IMG/VR virus record: IMGVR_UViG_3300032242_000723
Coordinates: 248,001 to 312,000 of that record
DNA length: 64,000 bases
Strand: one strand, 5' to 3'
Shown: one piece after another, positions 1 to 10,111 of the stretch
Layout of the letters: each line of letters opens with the position of its first letter
Position numbering within the stretch: position 1 is the stretch's first letter
The notes under the pieces: generated by a model
Seen by the model: only the letters and a program-made list of their open reading frames with translations
Database searches by the model: none
What the model was told of the DNA's origin: nothing
Made by a program: the position numbers and the translations under genes

Positions 1-630
1 CTATATGAAAATCTAGTAAACGACGATTGTTATTACTCGTTTTATAATCCTGCACTACCCTTTAATACTGATACTACACTGCAAGAACAAATAGTTGAAT
101 GTTTACCTAATATACATAAGAACATAGATTATGTTGGTAAGCTTAGACTGAATTTCGATGATAATAGAACTAATCCAGTGGACGTTATACCAGAAGACAT
201 GCCACTATTCGATGATACGTACTTCTCTCTAGTTACTGAAACAATGTACTATGATTGTACTGTACCTAAATATAAACTCGGATATGATCTACCATTCTTG
301 AACTGTACATTCTTCTCTGAGAAGGTTTACAAGCCAATTATCATGATGCATCCTTTTCTATTGGTCGCTCGCCCACACTCTATTAGAATGCTCAAAGAAC
401 ATGGCTTCAAAACGTTTCATCCCTATATAGATGAGAGCTATGACAGTATAGAAGAAGATGGCGATAGAATGCAAGCTATCATCGCTGAAGTTAAGAGATT
501 ATCTAACCAAACTCCATTGGAATGGTTAATATGGTGTTCTAATGTTAAATCTATCGTAGAATATAATCAAAAATATCTCAAGGAAAACGTCAGTTACATT
601 GTGAATAAAGATTTGTCAGTATTCAAGTGA
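1..630 (+). CDS. Partial (5'-truncated) glycosyltransferase-like/modification protein
   Basis: Frame 1 is open from base 1. Motif FFSEKVYKP..HPF..GFKTFHPYIDESYD resembles the SEK-x-x-KP motif of phage GT-like proteins. Confidence 0.5.
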   Translation, partial: LYENLVNDDCYYSFYNPALPFNTDTTLQEQIVECLPNIHKNIDYVGKLRLNFDDNRTNPVDVIPEDMPLFDDTYFSLVTETMYYDCTVPKYKLGYDLPFLNCTFFSEKVYKPIIMMHPFLLVARPHSIRMLKEHGFKTFHPYIDESYDSIEEDGDRMQAIIAEVKRLSNQTPLEWLIWCSNVKSIVEYNQKYLKENVSYIVNKDLSVFK

Positions 631-668
631 TTCTAAATAGCTGTATGACTCTAAAGGAATTTTAACAG

Positions 669-2888
669 TTGGTAGATTTCAAGCTAACCTCTTTGGCTAA
701 CAAAAATACCAAGCCAAAAGAAAGACCAACTGTAGACATAACTGATTCTAGTCATCAATCAATGCTAGAAGCCATCTCTCCCTATGTTAAGCCTGCCGTT
801 CAGAAAAATCTAACACCGATTTATGTAGATTACAAGACACGCAAGTCATCGATGGTACTTGTCACCTGTCCACTTTGGAGTCCTTATATTCCCCCGTTAG
901 CAATAGCTAGACTGTCGGGTATAGCTAAAGCAGCAGGATACGAGACACATATCATGGATTTGAATGTGAAGGCTTATACTATTTTCCGTGATGATTGGAT
1001 CGTACACCAAAAGGTACCATTCACATTGTGGGACACATCATCAGCATGGCATTGGGCAGGCGGCATATATTATAATGATGTTCATCCTGTACTAGAACCT
1101 ATGCTCATGGAAGCAGTTGATCAGATCATTTCACTAAAGCCCTCAATAGTTAATTTCACTGTATACAGCAGTAGTGAAGAACCCACTAAGTGGATGTGTC
1201 AAGAGATCAAGCGTAGAGACCCTAATATACTAATCGCAGTAAATGGACCTAATGTACACAAAGCTTGGTATACTATCCAACCCTACTATGATTATGTTAT
1301 TGTCGGTGAAGCTGAGAAAAATCTATTGGTAATGCTTACTGAGATTGAAGAAGGTAAACTTCATACTGAACCAAGAGTATTAACACAGCCAGAGAACGAA
1401 CGTATCAATATTAATAATCTTCCTATGCCAGACTATGACTCAATCGATTTCTCATTGTATGAAATACCTAACGGCATTAATAGTGAAATTAGTAGGGGAT
1501 GTACTGCTAAATGTACCTTTTGTGATGAAACACACTTTGTACGTTATAGACAACGGCAAGCAATAGATTTGATTACAGAAATAGAGTGGCTCTATTATAA
1601 TAAAGGTACTGACGTAATATGGTTTATTGATAGTCTTATCAATGGTGACTTAAATGAACTAAGAGCGTTTGCGATAGCTTTACGAGAAAAAGACTTAAAG
1701 GTTAAGTTCACTGGATATGCCCGATGCGACGGTAGAATGAATCTAGAATATCTACAAGATTTAGCAGACGGCGGCTGTATCATGTTTAATTTTGGATGCG
1801 AAAGTGGAAGCCAAAAAGTACTTAACGATATGCACAAGGGTGTGACTATTGCCGAGATGGAGCAGAACTTCATCGACTGTAAGAAGGTTGGTATCTACTG
1901 TGCTACGAACTGGGTAGTTGGATTTCCTACTGAGAACTTTCAAGATTACTCTGACACGATGACATTCATGTGGCGTATGCGTAATATGAACATCAATAAT
2001 ATGGGATTGGGGATTGGCTTTAGCCCAGGGCTTGAAACTATAATAGCACAGAATCCACATAAGTACAACGTCTCATATCACAAATATCAATCGCATTGGA
2101 TTAGCAATGACTTTACCATTGGTGGCACACATGTTATGACTAGGGTAAAGAACATCCATATATGGCTAGATTTGTTTACAGGATGCACTGATATTGTGGT
2201 TGGATATCCAACCAGACCGTCACTGGCACGAGATCATTATAAGATTACATTGAATGACCCGTCAGTATGCAAAGAAATATACTATGAGAAGTTTGATTAT
2301 AACATCATTCCTCCCATTAATGATACGAACACATTTGCTAATCATCTTGTAAATGAGATGTGGCCGTTCTTTAGAAATTTATGGCGAGCACGGGGAGGAT
2401 ATACAGCAGAAATATTGTTTAATCCTGATATCGACTTGAAAGAGTTCGGCCACCAATTTGGTCCTGGCATGTATAATGCCGTATACAAGTTTACGATCAG
2501 TGACGATGGCATATGGGAAGCAGACTTTGATATTAAGTTTGATCAGATCGATAATCCATTAAATGACCCAACTATGCCAGGCTGGCGTCCAGGACCGTTT
2601 TATGCACAAGATCCCTCTCGTATGCAATCTAATACAGCTAAGCGAGCAAGAAAGTTAGCGAAGCCTACATGGGACATAGTGAATGGTAGATCAGATCAAG
2701 ATTTTACTGATTTGCTTAATGAAGAGAGTAAGTTAAATAACATTATAGATTTCTCGTTTGAACTAAAGTGGAAGGGTAACGGAGACTGGAGTAATGTAGA
2801 TGACTATCGTGTTGATACAACTACTAGTCAACCTAAAAATAAAGTCAAAACAACTACATTAATTAATTTTAATAGGAAGAATAAATGA
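669..2888 (+). CDS. Cobalamin-binding radical SAM protein (class B methyltransferase-like)
   Basis: CxxxCxxC motif (CTAKCTFC). N-terminal B12-binding-like domain (PPLAIARLSGIAKAAGYETHIMDLN ... VIVGEAE). FGCESGSQKVLNDMHKG and VVGFPTE motifs. TTG start after AAGGAA. Confidence 0.85.
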   Translation: MVDFKLTSLANKNTKPKERPTVDITDSSHQSMLEAISPYVKPAVQKNLTPIYVDYKTRKSSMVLVTCPLWSPYIPPLAIARLSGIAKAAGYETHIMDLNVKAYTIFRDDWIVHQKVPFTLWDTSSAWHWAGGIYYNDVHPVLEPMLMEAVDQIISLKPSIVNFTVYSSSEEPTKWMCQEIKRRDPNILIAVNGPNVHKAWYTIQPYYDYVIVGEAEKNLLVMLTEIEEGKLHTEPRVLTQPENERININNLPMPDYDSIDFSLYEIPNGINSEISRGCTAKCTFCDETHFVRYRQRQAIDLITEIEWLYYNKGTDVIWFIDSLINGDLNELRAFAIALREKDLKVKFTGYARCDGRMNLEYLQDLADGGCIMFNFGCESGSQKVLNDMHKGVTIAEMEQNFIDCKKVGIYCATNWVVGFPTENFQDYSDTMTFMWRMRNMNINNMGLGIGFSPGLETIIAQNPHKYNVSYHKYQSHWISNDFTIGGTHVMTRVKNIHIWLDLFTGCTDIVVGYPTRPSLARDHYKITLNDPSVCKEIYYEKFDYNIIPPINDTNTFANHLVNEMWPFFRNLWRARGGYTAEILFNPDIDLKEFGHQFGPGMYNAVYKFTISDDGIWEADFDIKFDQIDNPLNDPTMPGWRPGPFYAQDPSRMQSNTAKRARKLAKPTWDIVNGRSDQDFTDLLNEESKLNNIIDFSFELKWKGNGDWSNVDDYRVDTTTSQPKNKVKTTTLINFNRKNK

Positions 2889-3640
2889 GAAAGATAGCAT
2901 TAATAGCAGGATGCAGTCAGAGTGCTGGCTCTGAGATAGATGGTAACCAAGATAGTAGATACAATAGAGATCATTCTTTTGGTAATCTATTAGCTAATAA
3001 GTTAGGATATGAACCCGTTAATATTGCTGTAAGTGGGTCAACTAATGCAGGTATTGCACGTAGCATTCAACTATGGTTCAAAGAACATTATGATAGTACG
3101 ACTATGGAAGTATTTGTGATTGTAGGATGGACTGAGGGTAGTAGAATAGAAGTACCTTCAAGGCAGCTTGGACAAGACTATCATAGTTCTAACCCCGACT
3201 CAGACTGGTATGATACTACTGCTGGCAACTACTATAGACTAAACTTTAGTTGGGACGGTGACAATGATGAACAAAGATCAGTCGTTGCACCGCATAAACG
3301 GTACATGGTTGACAATCCTATCATAGTAGAAACTAACTCGATCAATCAAATACTGTTGATTCAATATTTCTTAAATTCGTTGAATATTGAATATGTTATG
3401 TCTCATACTATGCATCTATGTACCCAAAATGAATACTTATCCTATTATCTAGATTTAGTAGATCGTTCTCGATATTATGAGTTAGATGCCGATGATCAAA
3501 CATCATTCTATTGGAAATATAGAAATCTAGGATACACTAACGAAAAGGCCAAGTATTGGCACCATGGGGAAGAACCTCATAGGCTACACGCTGAAGCACT
3601 ATATACATTTATAAAGGAAAACAACAATGTCATTATCTAG
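2885..3640 (+). CDS. SGNH-hydrolase-like protein
   Basis: N-terminal AGCSQSAG block-I-like motif, NIAVSGSTN, and C-terminal HHGEEPH. Confidence 0.55.
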   Translation: MRKIALIAGCSQSAGSEIDGNQDSRYNRDHSFGNLLANKLGYEPVNIAVSGSTNAGIARSIQLWFKEHYDSTTMEVFVIVGWTEGSRIEVPSRQLGQDYHSSNPDSDWYDTTAGNYYRLNFSWDGDNDEQRSVVAPHKRYMVDNPIIVETNSINQILLIQYFLNSLNIEYVMSHTMHLCTQNEYLSYYLDLVDRSRYYELDADDQTSFYWKYRNLGYTNEKAKYWHHGEEPHRLHAEALYTFIKENNNVII

Positions 3641-4130
3641 TTTATTAGTATTACTATTAATTCCAGCATTTGCTATATTCGACAGATGGTCTGGTGGCGG
3701 TTTAGGGTGGAAGTCTACGTTTAAAGGCCGCCCATTATATTATGTTATGCTACTCATTCCATTCTTCTTTGTTATTAACTGGCAACTTGGAGTCATATTG
3801 ACTGGATGGTGTATCTGGCGAGAGCCTAAGTGGAAACTGTTTGGTGGATCATTAACTCCAAATACCGATAGAGAGATTGCTGGCACATTTGCCCGACATC
3901 TATTGATTCTCCCTGTTATACTAGTATGCTTAACATTCCCACTAGTAGCATGGTTAGGAACACTGATCACTCTAGTCGTATGGGCAGTACTCGCTACATA
4001 TCTAGCAAAAGAAAATGCTACTTATGCTAAGCATGGTGTTGATGTAAATGGTAGCATTGAGTTGGGACGCGGTGCACTGTTCGGTATCGCGATGTTCACG
4101 GTGTTGAACATCATTCAAATCGTAAATTAA
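3627..4130 (+). CDS. Multi-pass membrane protein, unknown function
   Basis: Five or more hydrophobic segments in 167 aa. Confidence 0.7.
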   Translation: MSLSSLLVLLLIPAFAIFDRWSGGGLGWKSTFKGRPLYYVMLLIPFFFVINWQLGVILTGWCIWREPKWKLFGGSLTPNTDREIAGTFARHLLILPVILVCLTFPLVAWLGTLITLVVWAVLATYLAKENATYAKHGVDVNGSIELGRGALFGIAMFTVLNIIQIVN

Positions 4131-4142
4131 AGGAAAACCAAA

Positions 4143-4247
4143 ATGTTTAAATATATTAAGAAGATGATCAAGTATATCAAGAGAGAACTTATGTACAGAA
4201 AGCGTATGAAAGAATTAAAAAAGCGGGACCCGTTTATCTATAAGTAA
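4143..4247 (+). CDS. 34-aa basic micropeptide MFKYIKKMIKYIKRELMYRKRMKELKKRDPFIYK
   Basis: Read manually: AAGGAA RBS, ATG at 4143, TAA at 4245-4247. Fills the gap before the carbamoyltransferase gene. Confidence 0.7.
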   Translation: MFKYIKKMIKYIKRELMYRKRMKELKKRDPFIYK

Positions 4248-4251
4248 TATC

Positions 4252-5727
4252 ATGAACTATATTGGAATAAGCTGTGGCTTTCACGATGCGGGACTAAGTG
4301 TAGTAGACGATGAAGGTAGGATATTGTTTGCTGGTCACAGTGAGCGATATAGTATGCAAAAGCATGACAAAGACCTATGTGCCGATATTATTCAAGATGC
4401 TCTTGGCTACGTGACAGATGACTATGAGTTGCACTACTATGAGAGGCCATTGCTCAAAGCTGTACGACAGTTCCAAGCAGGACAAGCATTAGGACCCTTT
4501 AGTGCTAAGTCAGTTATCGGCAAAGATAACATGACCATGCTAAGTGATAAGCCGGTCAAGACGCATGGACATCACCTAAGTCACGCGGCTGCTGGATTCC
4601 AAACAAGTCCATACAGTGATGCAACTGTAGTTGTTATTGATGCCATTGGTGAGCTTGACACTATCACTATATATGACGCATCATATGATAAGAGTGGCAA
4701 AGCAGTCTATAAGAAACTATGGAGCCGCATGTATCCTGACTCGATTGGTCTTTTTTATTCTGCGATGACAGCTAGAGTTGGCTTACGTCCACTAGATGAA
4801 GAATATATTCTAATGGGTATGGCCGCGTATGGGAATGCTGACAAATGCATAGACGAAATGGAAGAATCTATTGACTACGAGATGCTAGATTTCTACTATA
4901 ACTTTCATACCGGTGTCGATAGCGAATTCCTAAAGGGGGCAGATGATATGGACATTGCCGCGGCGGCACAGTCTGTTGTTGAAAGGTTAATCAATATGGT
5001 CATGAGTAAAGCCAGACAATATGGCAAGAGTAAGAATCTTGTATATGGAGGCGGCGTTGCATTAAACTGTTTAGCGAATAGAAATCTCGGAGAATATTTT
5101 AAGAATATTTGGATCATGCCTAACCCAGGTGACGCAGGTAACAGTGTAGGTGCAGCAGCATTAGGCTATGGTCGCAAGTTACAGTGGAATAATGCGTTTC
5201 TAGGATACGACATCAAAGGTGATTATCCAGTTGACAATATCATCGATAAGTTACATAATGATAAGATAGTAGGAGTGGCAAGTGGTAGAGCCGAGTTTGG
5301 CCCTAGAGCCTTAGGCAATCGTTCATTACTAGCAGACCCACGAGGACCAGACATTAAGGATAAGGTAAATGCAATCAAACGAAGACAACAGTTCAGACCA
5401 TTCGCACCCGTCATACTTGAAGAGCATCTTACTCAGTACTTTGACATGCCTATTAATTGGGATAGTAGCCGTTATATGCAAGTCATTGCTACTTGTAGGT
5501 ATCCTGACTTATTTCCCGCTATCGTTCATGCTGATGGGACTAGTCGTGTTCAAACAGTTCCAAAAGATAAATCAGGAATCAGACGACTCTTAGAACGTTG
5601 GTATGACGAGACCGGCTGCCCTATGCTACTTAACACATCGTTGAATATACGCGGTGAGCCAATGGTAAATAACCGTTCCGATGCAGATCGGTTTGAAAAA
5701 CTTTATAACGTTACTGTGTGCTCATAA
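4252..5727 (+). CDS. Carbamoyltransferase (NodU/CmcH/TobZ family)
   Basis: GISCGFHDAG, HHLSHAAAGF, GGVALNC, GDAGNSVGAA, EFGPRALGNRSLLADP, FRPFAP, LLNTSLN motifs. Confidence 0.92.
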   Translation: MNYIGISCGFHDAGLSVVDDEGRILFAGHSERYSMQKHDKDLCADIIQDALGYVTDDYELHYYERPLLKAVRQFQAGQALGPFSAKSVIGKDNMTMLSDKPVKTHGHHLSHAAAGFQTSPYSDATVVVIDAIGELDTITIYDASYDKSGKAVYKKLWSRMYPDSIGLFYSAMTARVGLRPLDEEYILMGMAAYGNADKCIDEMEESIDYEMLDFYYNFHTGVDSEFLKGADDMDIAAAAQSVVERLINMVMSKARQYGKSKNLVYGGGVALNCLANRNLGEYFKNIWIMPNPGDAGNSVGAAALGYGRKLQWNNAFLGYDIKGDYPVDNIIDKLHNDKIVGVASGRAEFGPRALGNRSLLADPRGPDIKDKVNAIKRRQQFRPFAPVILEEHLTQYFDMPINWDSSRYMQVIATCRYPDLFPAIVHADGTSRVQTVPKDKSGIRRLLERWYDETGCPMLLNTSLNIRGEPMVNNRSDADRFEKLYNVTVCS

Positions 5728-5734
5728 GTAGTAG

Positions 5735-8700
5735 ATGCTGAGAGATGTCTTTTATTACGGCGATAAGCCAAATGTACACCCACGAGAACAATACGCAGAA
5801 TCATTTGATGATGCTAGACAGAAGTCTACTACAGAACATTTTTGGATCATTAATGAGTTCTGCGATTATCGTGGATTTGATTGGGACTGGGACTTTGAGT
5901 TCCTTCCTGACGAAGACGTATGGGCAGAACAACATACTAACATATGGCCTAGCCAGCATCAAAAAGATAGTGGCACTTGGCTGTGTTCAAGTGAAGAATA
6001 CGATTTAAACCTATTTATATATCGTAATGATGTTACCCCGATTAAGCGTAAAAATATCAAGACATCTAACTGGGTTGAATTTGACCTAATTGATCAGACG
6101 AAGTTCGACTTCTCATGGCATCCGGACCCAACTGATCCTCCTTATATCTATAAATGGGGCAGCAAGTTTGCTCCGGCACAACTTAAGACATGCTTAGAAT
6201 ATCATGTTGAAGGTGCAACTAGAATAAAGTACATGACTAGTATCGTTGAACTATTACCGGATACAGATCGCTGGATCGAACATCAGGCTATCGACAAAAC
6301 TAAGTTTGATATGTCATGGCGTCCAGACCCAATGGATCCCCCTTTTATCTATATTTGGGGTAATAAGTATATAGAAGGTACATTAAGACCTACACTAGAA
6401 TATCGTGTACCCGATGCAATACATACGAAGTATATGCCTGATTTAATCTCAGTACTCCCTGAATATGATAGATGGGTAGAAGTACAGGCGGTAGATAAGA
6501 GCAAGTTTGACTTTAGTTGGCGACCAGATCCAAGAGAACCGGCATATATCTATACATGGGGTAATAAGTATATTGATGCTGAGTTTATACCTACGCTAGA
6601 ATATCATTGCGAAGGCGCAACAGAACGCAAGTATATGACAAATGATGTTGTTGTACTTCCTCAATATGATAGATGGGTAGAAGTACAGGCGGTAGATAAG
6701 AGCAAGTTTGACTTTAGTTGGCGACCAGATCCAAGAGAACCGGCATATATTTATGTTTGGGGTAATAAGTATATAGAAGGTACATTAATACCTACATTAG
6801 AGTATCATTGTCCCGATGCGACTAAAGTAAAGTATATGACAAACGATGTTGTTGTACTTCCTCAATGGGACAAATGGCAAATTCCTGACAATCTTGACAA
6901 GGCATCATTTGACTTTAGTTGGAGACCTGATCCACGTGAACCTGATTTTATTTACGAGTTTGCAACTCAATGGCAGAAGACAGGTGGACCGCGTTATATT
7001 GTAGAGAACGCAAAACAAAGAAAGTTTATAAATGATATACGAGCTACTATTTTGCCCACACACGCAAATTGGACTATTCCAGACAATATTGACATTAACA
7101 GTTTTGACTTTAGTTGGCATCCTGACGATACCGATCCTGCTTATATCTATGTATTTGGTACTCAATGGGCAACAAGTGGCGGACCAATTTACACTGTTGA
7201 CAATGCTACTAAAACAAAATATGTAGGAGTTCAGGTAGCGTCTGCTGTTGCATCTAAAACTAATTGGAAGTATAATTCAACTGTTGTAGATGAGAGTCAG
7301 TTTGATTTCTCGTGGCATCCAGATCCAAGAGAACCTGCATATATCTATGTATGGGGTAACAAATATGAAGACGGTAAATATAAATCTACAATAGAATATC
7401 ATGCCGAAGGTGCTACTGATGTCAAGTATATGACAAATGATGTCGCTTTGCTTCCTGATTGGGATAGATGGGTATTTCTTAAAGAGGTAGATAAGAACAA
7501 GTTTGACTTTAGTTGGCGACCAGACCCATTAGAACCCGCCTATATCTATACCTGGGGTAACAAGTATGAACCTGCTGAAATATCTCCGACGTTAGAATAT
7601 CATTGTCCTAACGCTACTGATGTAAAGTATATGGGCGATACAGCTCCTGTACTCCCTGAATGGGATAGATGGCAAATTCCTGATAACGTAGATAAATCTA
7701 AGTTCGACTTTACCTGGAGACCGGACCCAAGAGAGCCGCCCTTTATGTATGCGTTTGCTACTGTATGGAATGATAGGGGCGGCCCCATCTATGTTGCACC
7801 TACTTCAACTAAATTCAAATACATTGAAGATGTTAAAGCAGTATTGTTGTCGAGTACTGATAATTGGGAAATTTCTGAAGGAATAAATGTTTCTGACTTT
7901 GACTTCTCGTGGGTTCCGCACCCTCAGGCACCACCTTATATCTATCAGTTTGGTACATTAGGAGATCCTGACGACGGTCCAAGATATGTTTCTCCTGGTA
8001 ATAACGGCGAAATCGTTAAACTTAGAAGAGTAACAAAGAAGTTTGAAAAAGAACAGGTTGTCGCACAGTACTACATCGAAACAACGTTAGCTGATCTAGC
8101 CAGCAAATACCCTAGAAAATTATTTTGGGCTAAACAAAAAAATATTGATTATTCAACGTTCGACTTCACATGGCGACCTACGATTGAACAGGCAGAATAT
8201 GTACATGTATTTGGTTCGTCTGATTCAGATGCCACCCATACATATTTAGTTAACGGTATGCAATGGGCCAAAGGCAATCGTGAATTAAACTGGGTCAAAG
8301 ATGATAAGCTTGATGACAAGACACTGTTCAACATATTCAAGAAGTCTGATATGTTCTATGTTGACAAAGGTAATTTAGAAGCACAAGTAAGATTTGAAAA
8401 GCTTAGACTATTACACCCGCAGATACAAAAGACACGCTATCTAAACTCGTGGGTCGATACTATAAAGCGTTGTAATAATCGTGCAACGAGTGAATTGATA
8501 TGGGTACTCAACTCTGAGCTTGACTATACTGACTTTGACTTTGAATACTATCCTAATCCTTGGCAGATGAAGATGGTACATGTATTTGGTACACAGTGGT
8601 CACATTGGGGAACAACTTTCATGGTTAACAGAGAAACATTTGCCGAAGACACAAAGTATATTAATATCATTGAGCATCTATCTAACATTAACTTTGTAAA

Positions 8701-10069
8701 GAACATCAGAGCTACAGCAACTCAATGTGTATACGATACGATTATTATTGATCACGGTAATAAAGAACTTGATCGAGTCGTAGAACAAGTTACTAGCAAA
8801 ATATCTGGTAAGAACGTAACTGTTGTAAAGTATAACGAAAGTTATTTGCAAACCTTAAAGGATATTGTCGCACGACAGCAAGATAAAAAAGAACATTATC
8901 TGTGGCTATGTAGCAGTGTATGCGACTACTCATCGTTTGATTTCTCATATACTGTTGATCCATTTGCTAGAGATAATCTACATGTATTTGCTAGTGGTAG
9001 TCAGAAGTTTGGTGATACTTTCTTTATTGACGTAAATAAGGCCAAAGAGATTATTGATAAAATGTTGTCGTTAGAATATTATCATAAGGTCAACTATAAT
9101 AATGCACAAAAGGTCACCCGATTACCAGAGCCAATCATTGTTACGAATAATGATACATTAATTGACGCGGCGATGCATATTGAAGGTTTCCCTTATGCAA
9201 CAATCATCACAAGTGATAATAAAGATATCACTGTAATGCCAACAGAGCCTATGAATCTGTGGGCTCCGGAAACTAAGAACATCTTAGTTACATCTACTGG
9301 TGCAACTCGTATTGTTGTGCCTCGTGAAGTCAAAGATCATGTAAGCAAAGAACTATACGACTATCCGTATATTAAGAAAGCATCTAAGCTTGCTATCTCA
9401 TCGCCTATGGACATCGTGTATTTGAGCAACGGTGAGACAGGTGCGGAAGAGAACTGGGAACATCTGCAAAAGATCACAAAGGGATTAAAGAACCGTGTTG
9501 TTCGTGTTGATGGGGTCAATGGTCGTGTTCAAGCATATCATGCAGCATTGGAAGCGAGTGAGACACCTTGGGCATTCACTGTGTTTGCTAAGTTAAAGAT
9601 CAGTCCAAAGTTTGACTTCAACTGGCAACCAGATAGAATGCAAGCTGCAAAGCATTATATCTTCCACGCAAAGAATCCTGTCAACGGCTTGATTTACGGA
9701 CACCAGGCAATGATCGCATACAACAAGCGACTTACATTAGCTAACAAGGGTAACGGACTTGACTTCACTCTAGACGATGAACACGAAGTTGTGCCATTGT
9801 TGTCAGGTATCGCAAACTATAACACAGACGAGTTTTCCACTTGGCGTACATCTTTCCGTGAAGTGTTGAAGTTGAAGGCTGAAGATAGTGACATTGCTCG
9901 TACACGATTAGATGCGTGGCTTAACAAGGCAGAGGGTGACTTTGCTCAATATAGCATCAAGGGTGCGATTGACGCTGATGAATATTATGACGAGGTTGAT
10001 GGTGACTTTGATATGCTGAAGCTTAGTTACGAGTGGTCCTGGCTGAAAGAAAAGTTCGCTAACTCATAA
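5735..10069 (+). CDS. 1444-aa protein with about 15 FDFSW(R/H)PDP repeats and degenerate glycosyltransferase-like domains
   Basis: About 10 tandem ~67-aa units (FDFSWRPDPREPAYIYxWGNKY...PTLEYH..GAT..KYM) plus degenerate copies. C-terminal GT-A-like segment MDIVYLSNGE...VDGVNGRVQAYHAA...FTVFAK. Confidence 0.75.
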   Translation: MLRDVFYYGDKPNVHPREQYAESFDDARQKSTTEHFWIINEFCDYRGFDWDWDFEFLPDEDVWAEQHTNIWPSQHQKDSGTWLCSSEEYDLNLFIYRNDVTPIKRKNIKTSNWVEFDLIDQTKFDFSWHPDPTDPPYIYKWGSKFAPAQLKTCLEYHVEGATRIKYMTSIVELLPDTDRWIEHQAIDKTKFDMSWRPDPMDPPFIYIWGNKYIEGTLRPTLEYRVPDAIHTKYMPDLISVLPEYDRWVEVQAVDKSKFDFSWRPDPREPAYIYTWGNKYIDAEFIPTLEYHCEGATERKYMTNDVVVLPQYDRWVEVQAVDKSKFDFSWRPDPREPAYIYVWGNKYIEGTLIPTLEYHCPDATKVKYMTNDVVVLPQWDKWQIPDNLDKASFDFSWRPDPREPDFIYEFATQWQKTGGPRYIVENAKQRKFINDIRATILPTHANWTIPDNIDINSFDFSWHPDDTDPAYIYVFGTQWATSGGPIYTVDNATKTKYVGVQVASAVASKTNWKYNSTVVDESQFDFSWHPDPREPAYIYVWGNKYEDGKYKSTIEYHAEGATDVKYMTNDVALLPDWDRWVFLKEVDKNKFDFSWRPDPLEPAYIYTWGNKYEPAEISPTLEYHCPNATDVKYMGDTAPVLPEWDRWQIPDNVDKSKFDFTWRPDPREPPFMYAFATVWNDRGGPIYVAPTSTKFKYIEDVKAVLLSSTDNWEISEGINVSDFDFSWVPHPQAPPYIYQFGTLGDPDDGPRYVSPGNNGEIVKLRRVTKKFEKEQVVAQYYIETTLADLASKYPRKLFWAKQKNIDYSTFDFTWRPTIEQAEYVHVFGSSDSDATHTYLVNGMQWAKGNRELNWVKDDKLDDKTLFNIFKKSDMFYVDKGNLEAQVRFEKLRLLHPQIQKTRYLNSWVDTIKRCNNRATSELIWVLNSELDYTDFDFEYYPNPWQMKMVHVFGTQWSHWGTTFMVNRETFAEDTKYINIIEHLSNINFVKNIRATATQCVYDTIIIDHGNKELDRVVEQVTSKISGKNVTVVKYNESYLQTLKDIVARQQDKKEHYLWLCSSVCDYSSFDFSYTVDPFARDNLHVFASGSQKFGDTFFIDVNKAKEIIDKMLSLEYYHKVNYNNAQKVTRLPEPIIVTNNDTLIDAAMHIEGFPYATIITSDNKDITVMPTEPMNLWAPETKNILVTSTGATRIVVPREVKDHVSKELYDYPYIKKASKLAISSPMDIVYLSNGETGAEENWEHLQKITKGLKNRVVRVDGVNGRVQAYHAALEASETPWAFTVFAKLKISPKFDFNWQPDRMQAAKHYIFHAKNPVNGLIYGHQAMIAYNKRLTLANKGNGLDFTLDDEHEVVPLLSGIANYNTDEFSTWRTSFREVLKLKAEDSDIARTRLDAWLNKAEGDFAQYSIKGAIDADEYYDEVDGDFDMLKLSYEWSWLKEKFANS
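6462..6750 (+). repeat. 88-bp identical direct repeat with 201-bp period inside the repeat gene
   Basis: 6462-6549 is identical to 6663-6750. Confidence 0.9.
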
Positions 10070-10077
10070 GATTGTTG

Positions 10078-10106
10078 TTGACATATGTTTCCCGTTTCGC
10101 TATATT
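10078..10106 (+). promoter_or_regulatory. Sigma70-type early promoter
   Basis: TTGACA-17 bp-TATATT; ATG 5 nt downstream. Confidence 0.8.
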
Positions 10107-10111
10107 AAATC

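Noticed and set aside
5735-7800. Repeats as a CRISPR array or DGR template/variable pair
   Set aside because: Repeats are in-frame coding units without unique spacers; no adenine-specific mismatch pattern and no reverse transcriptase in the window.
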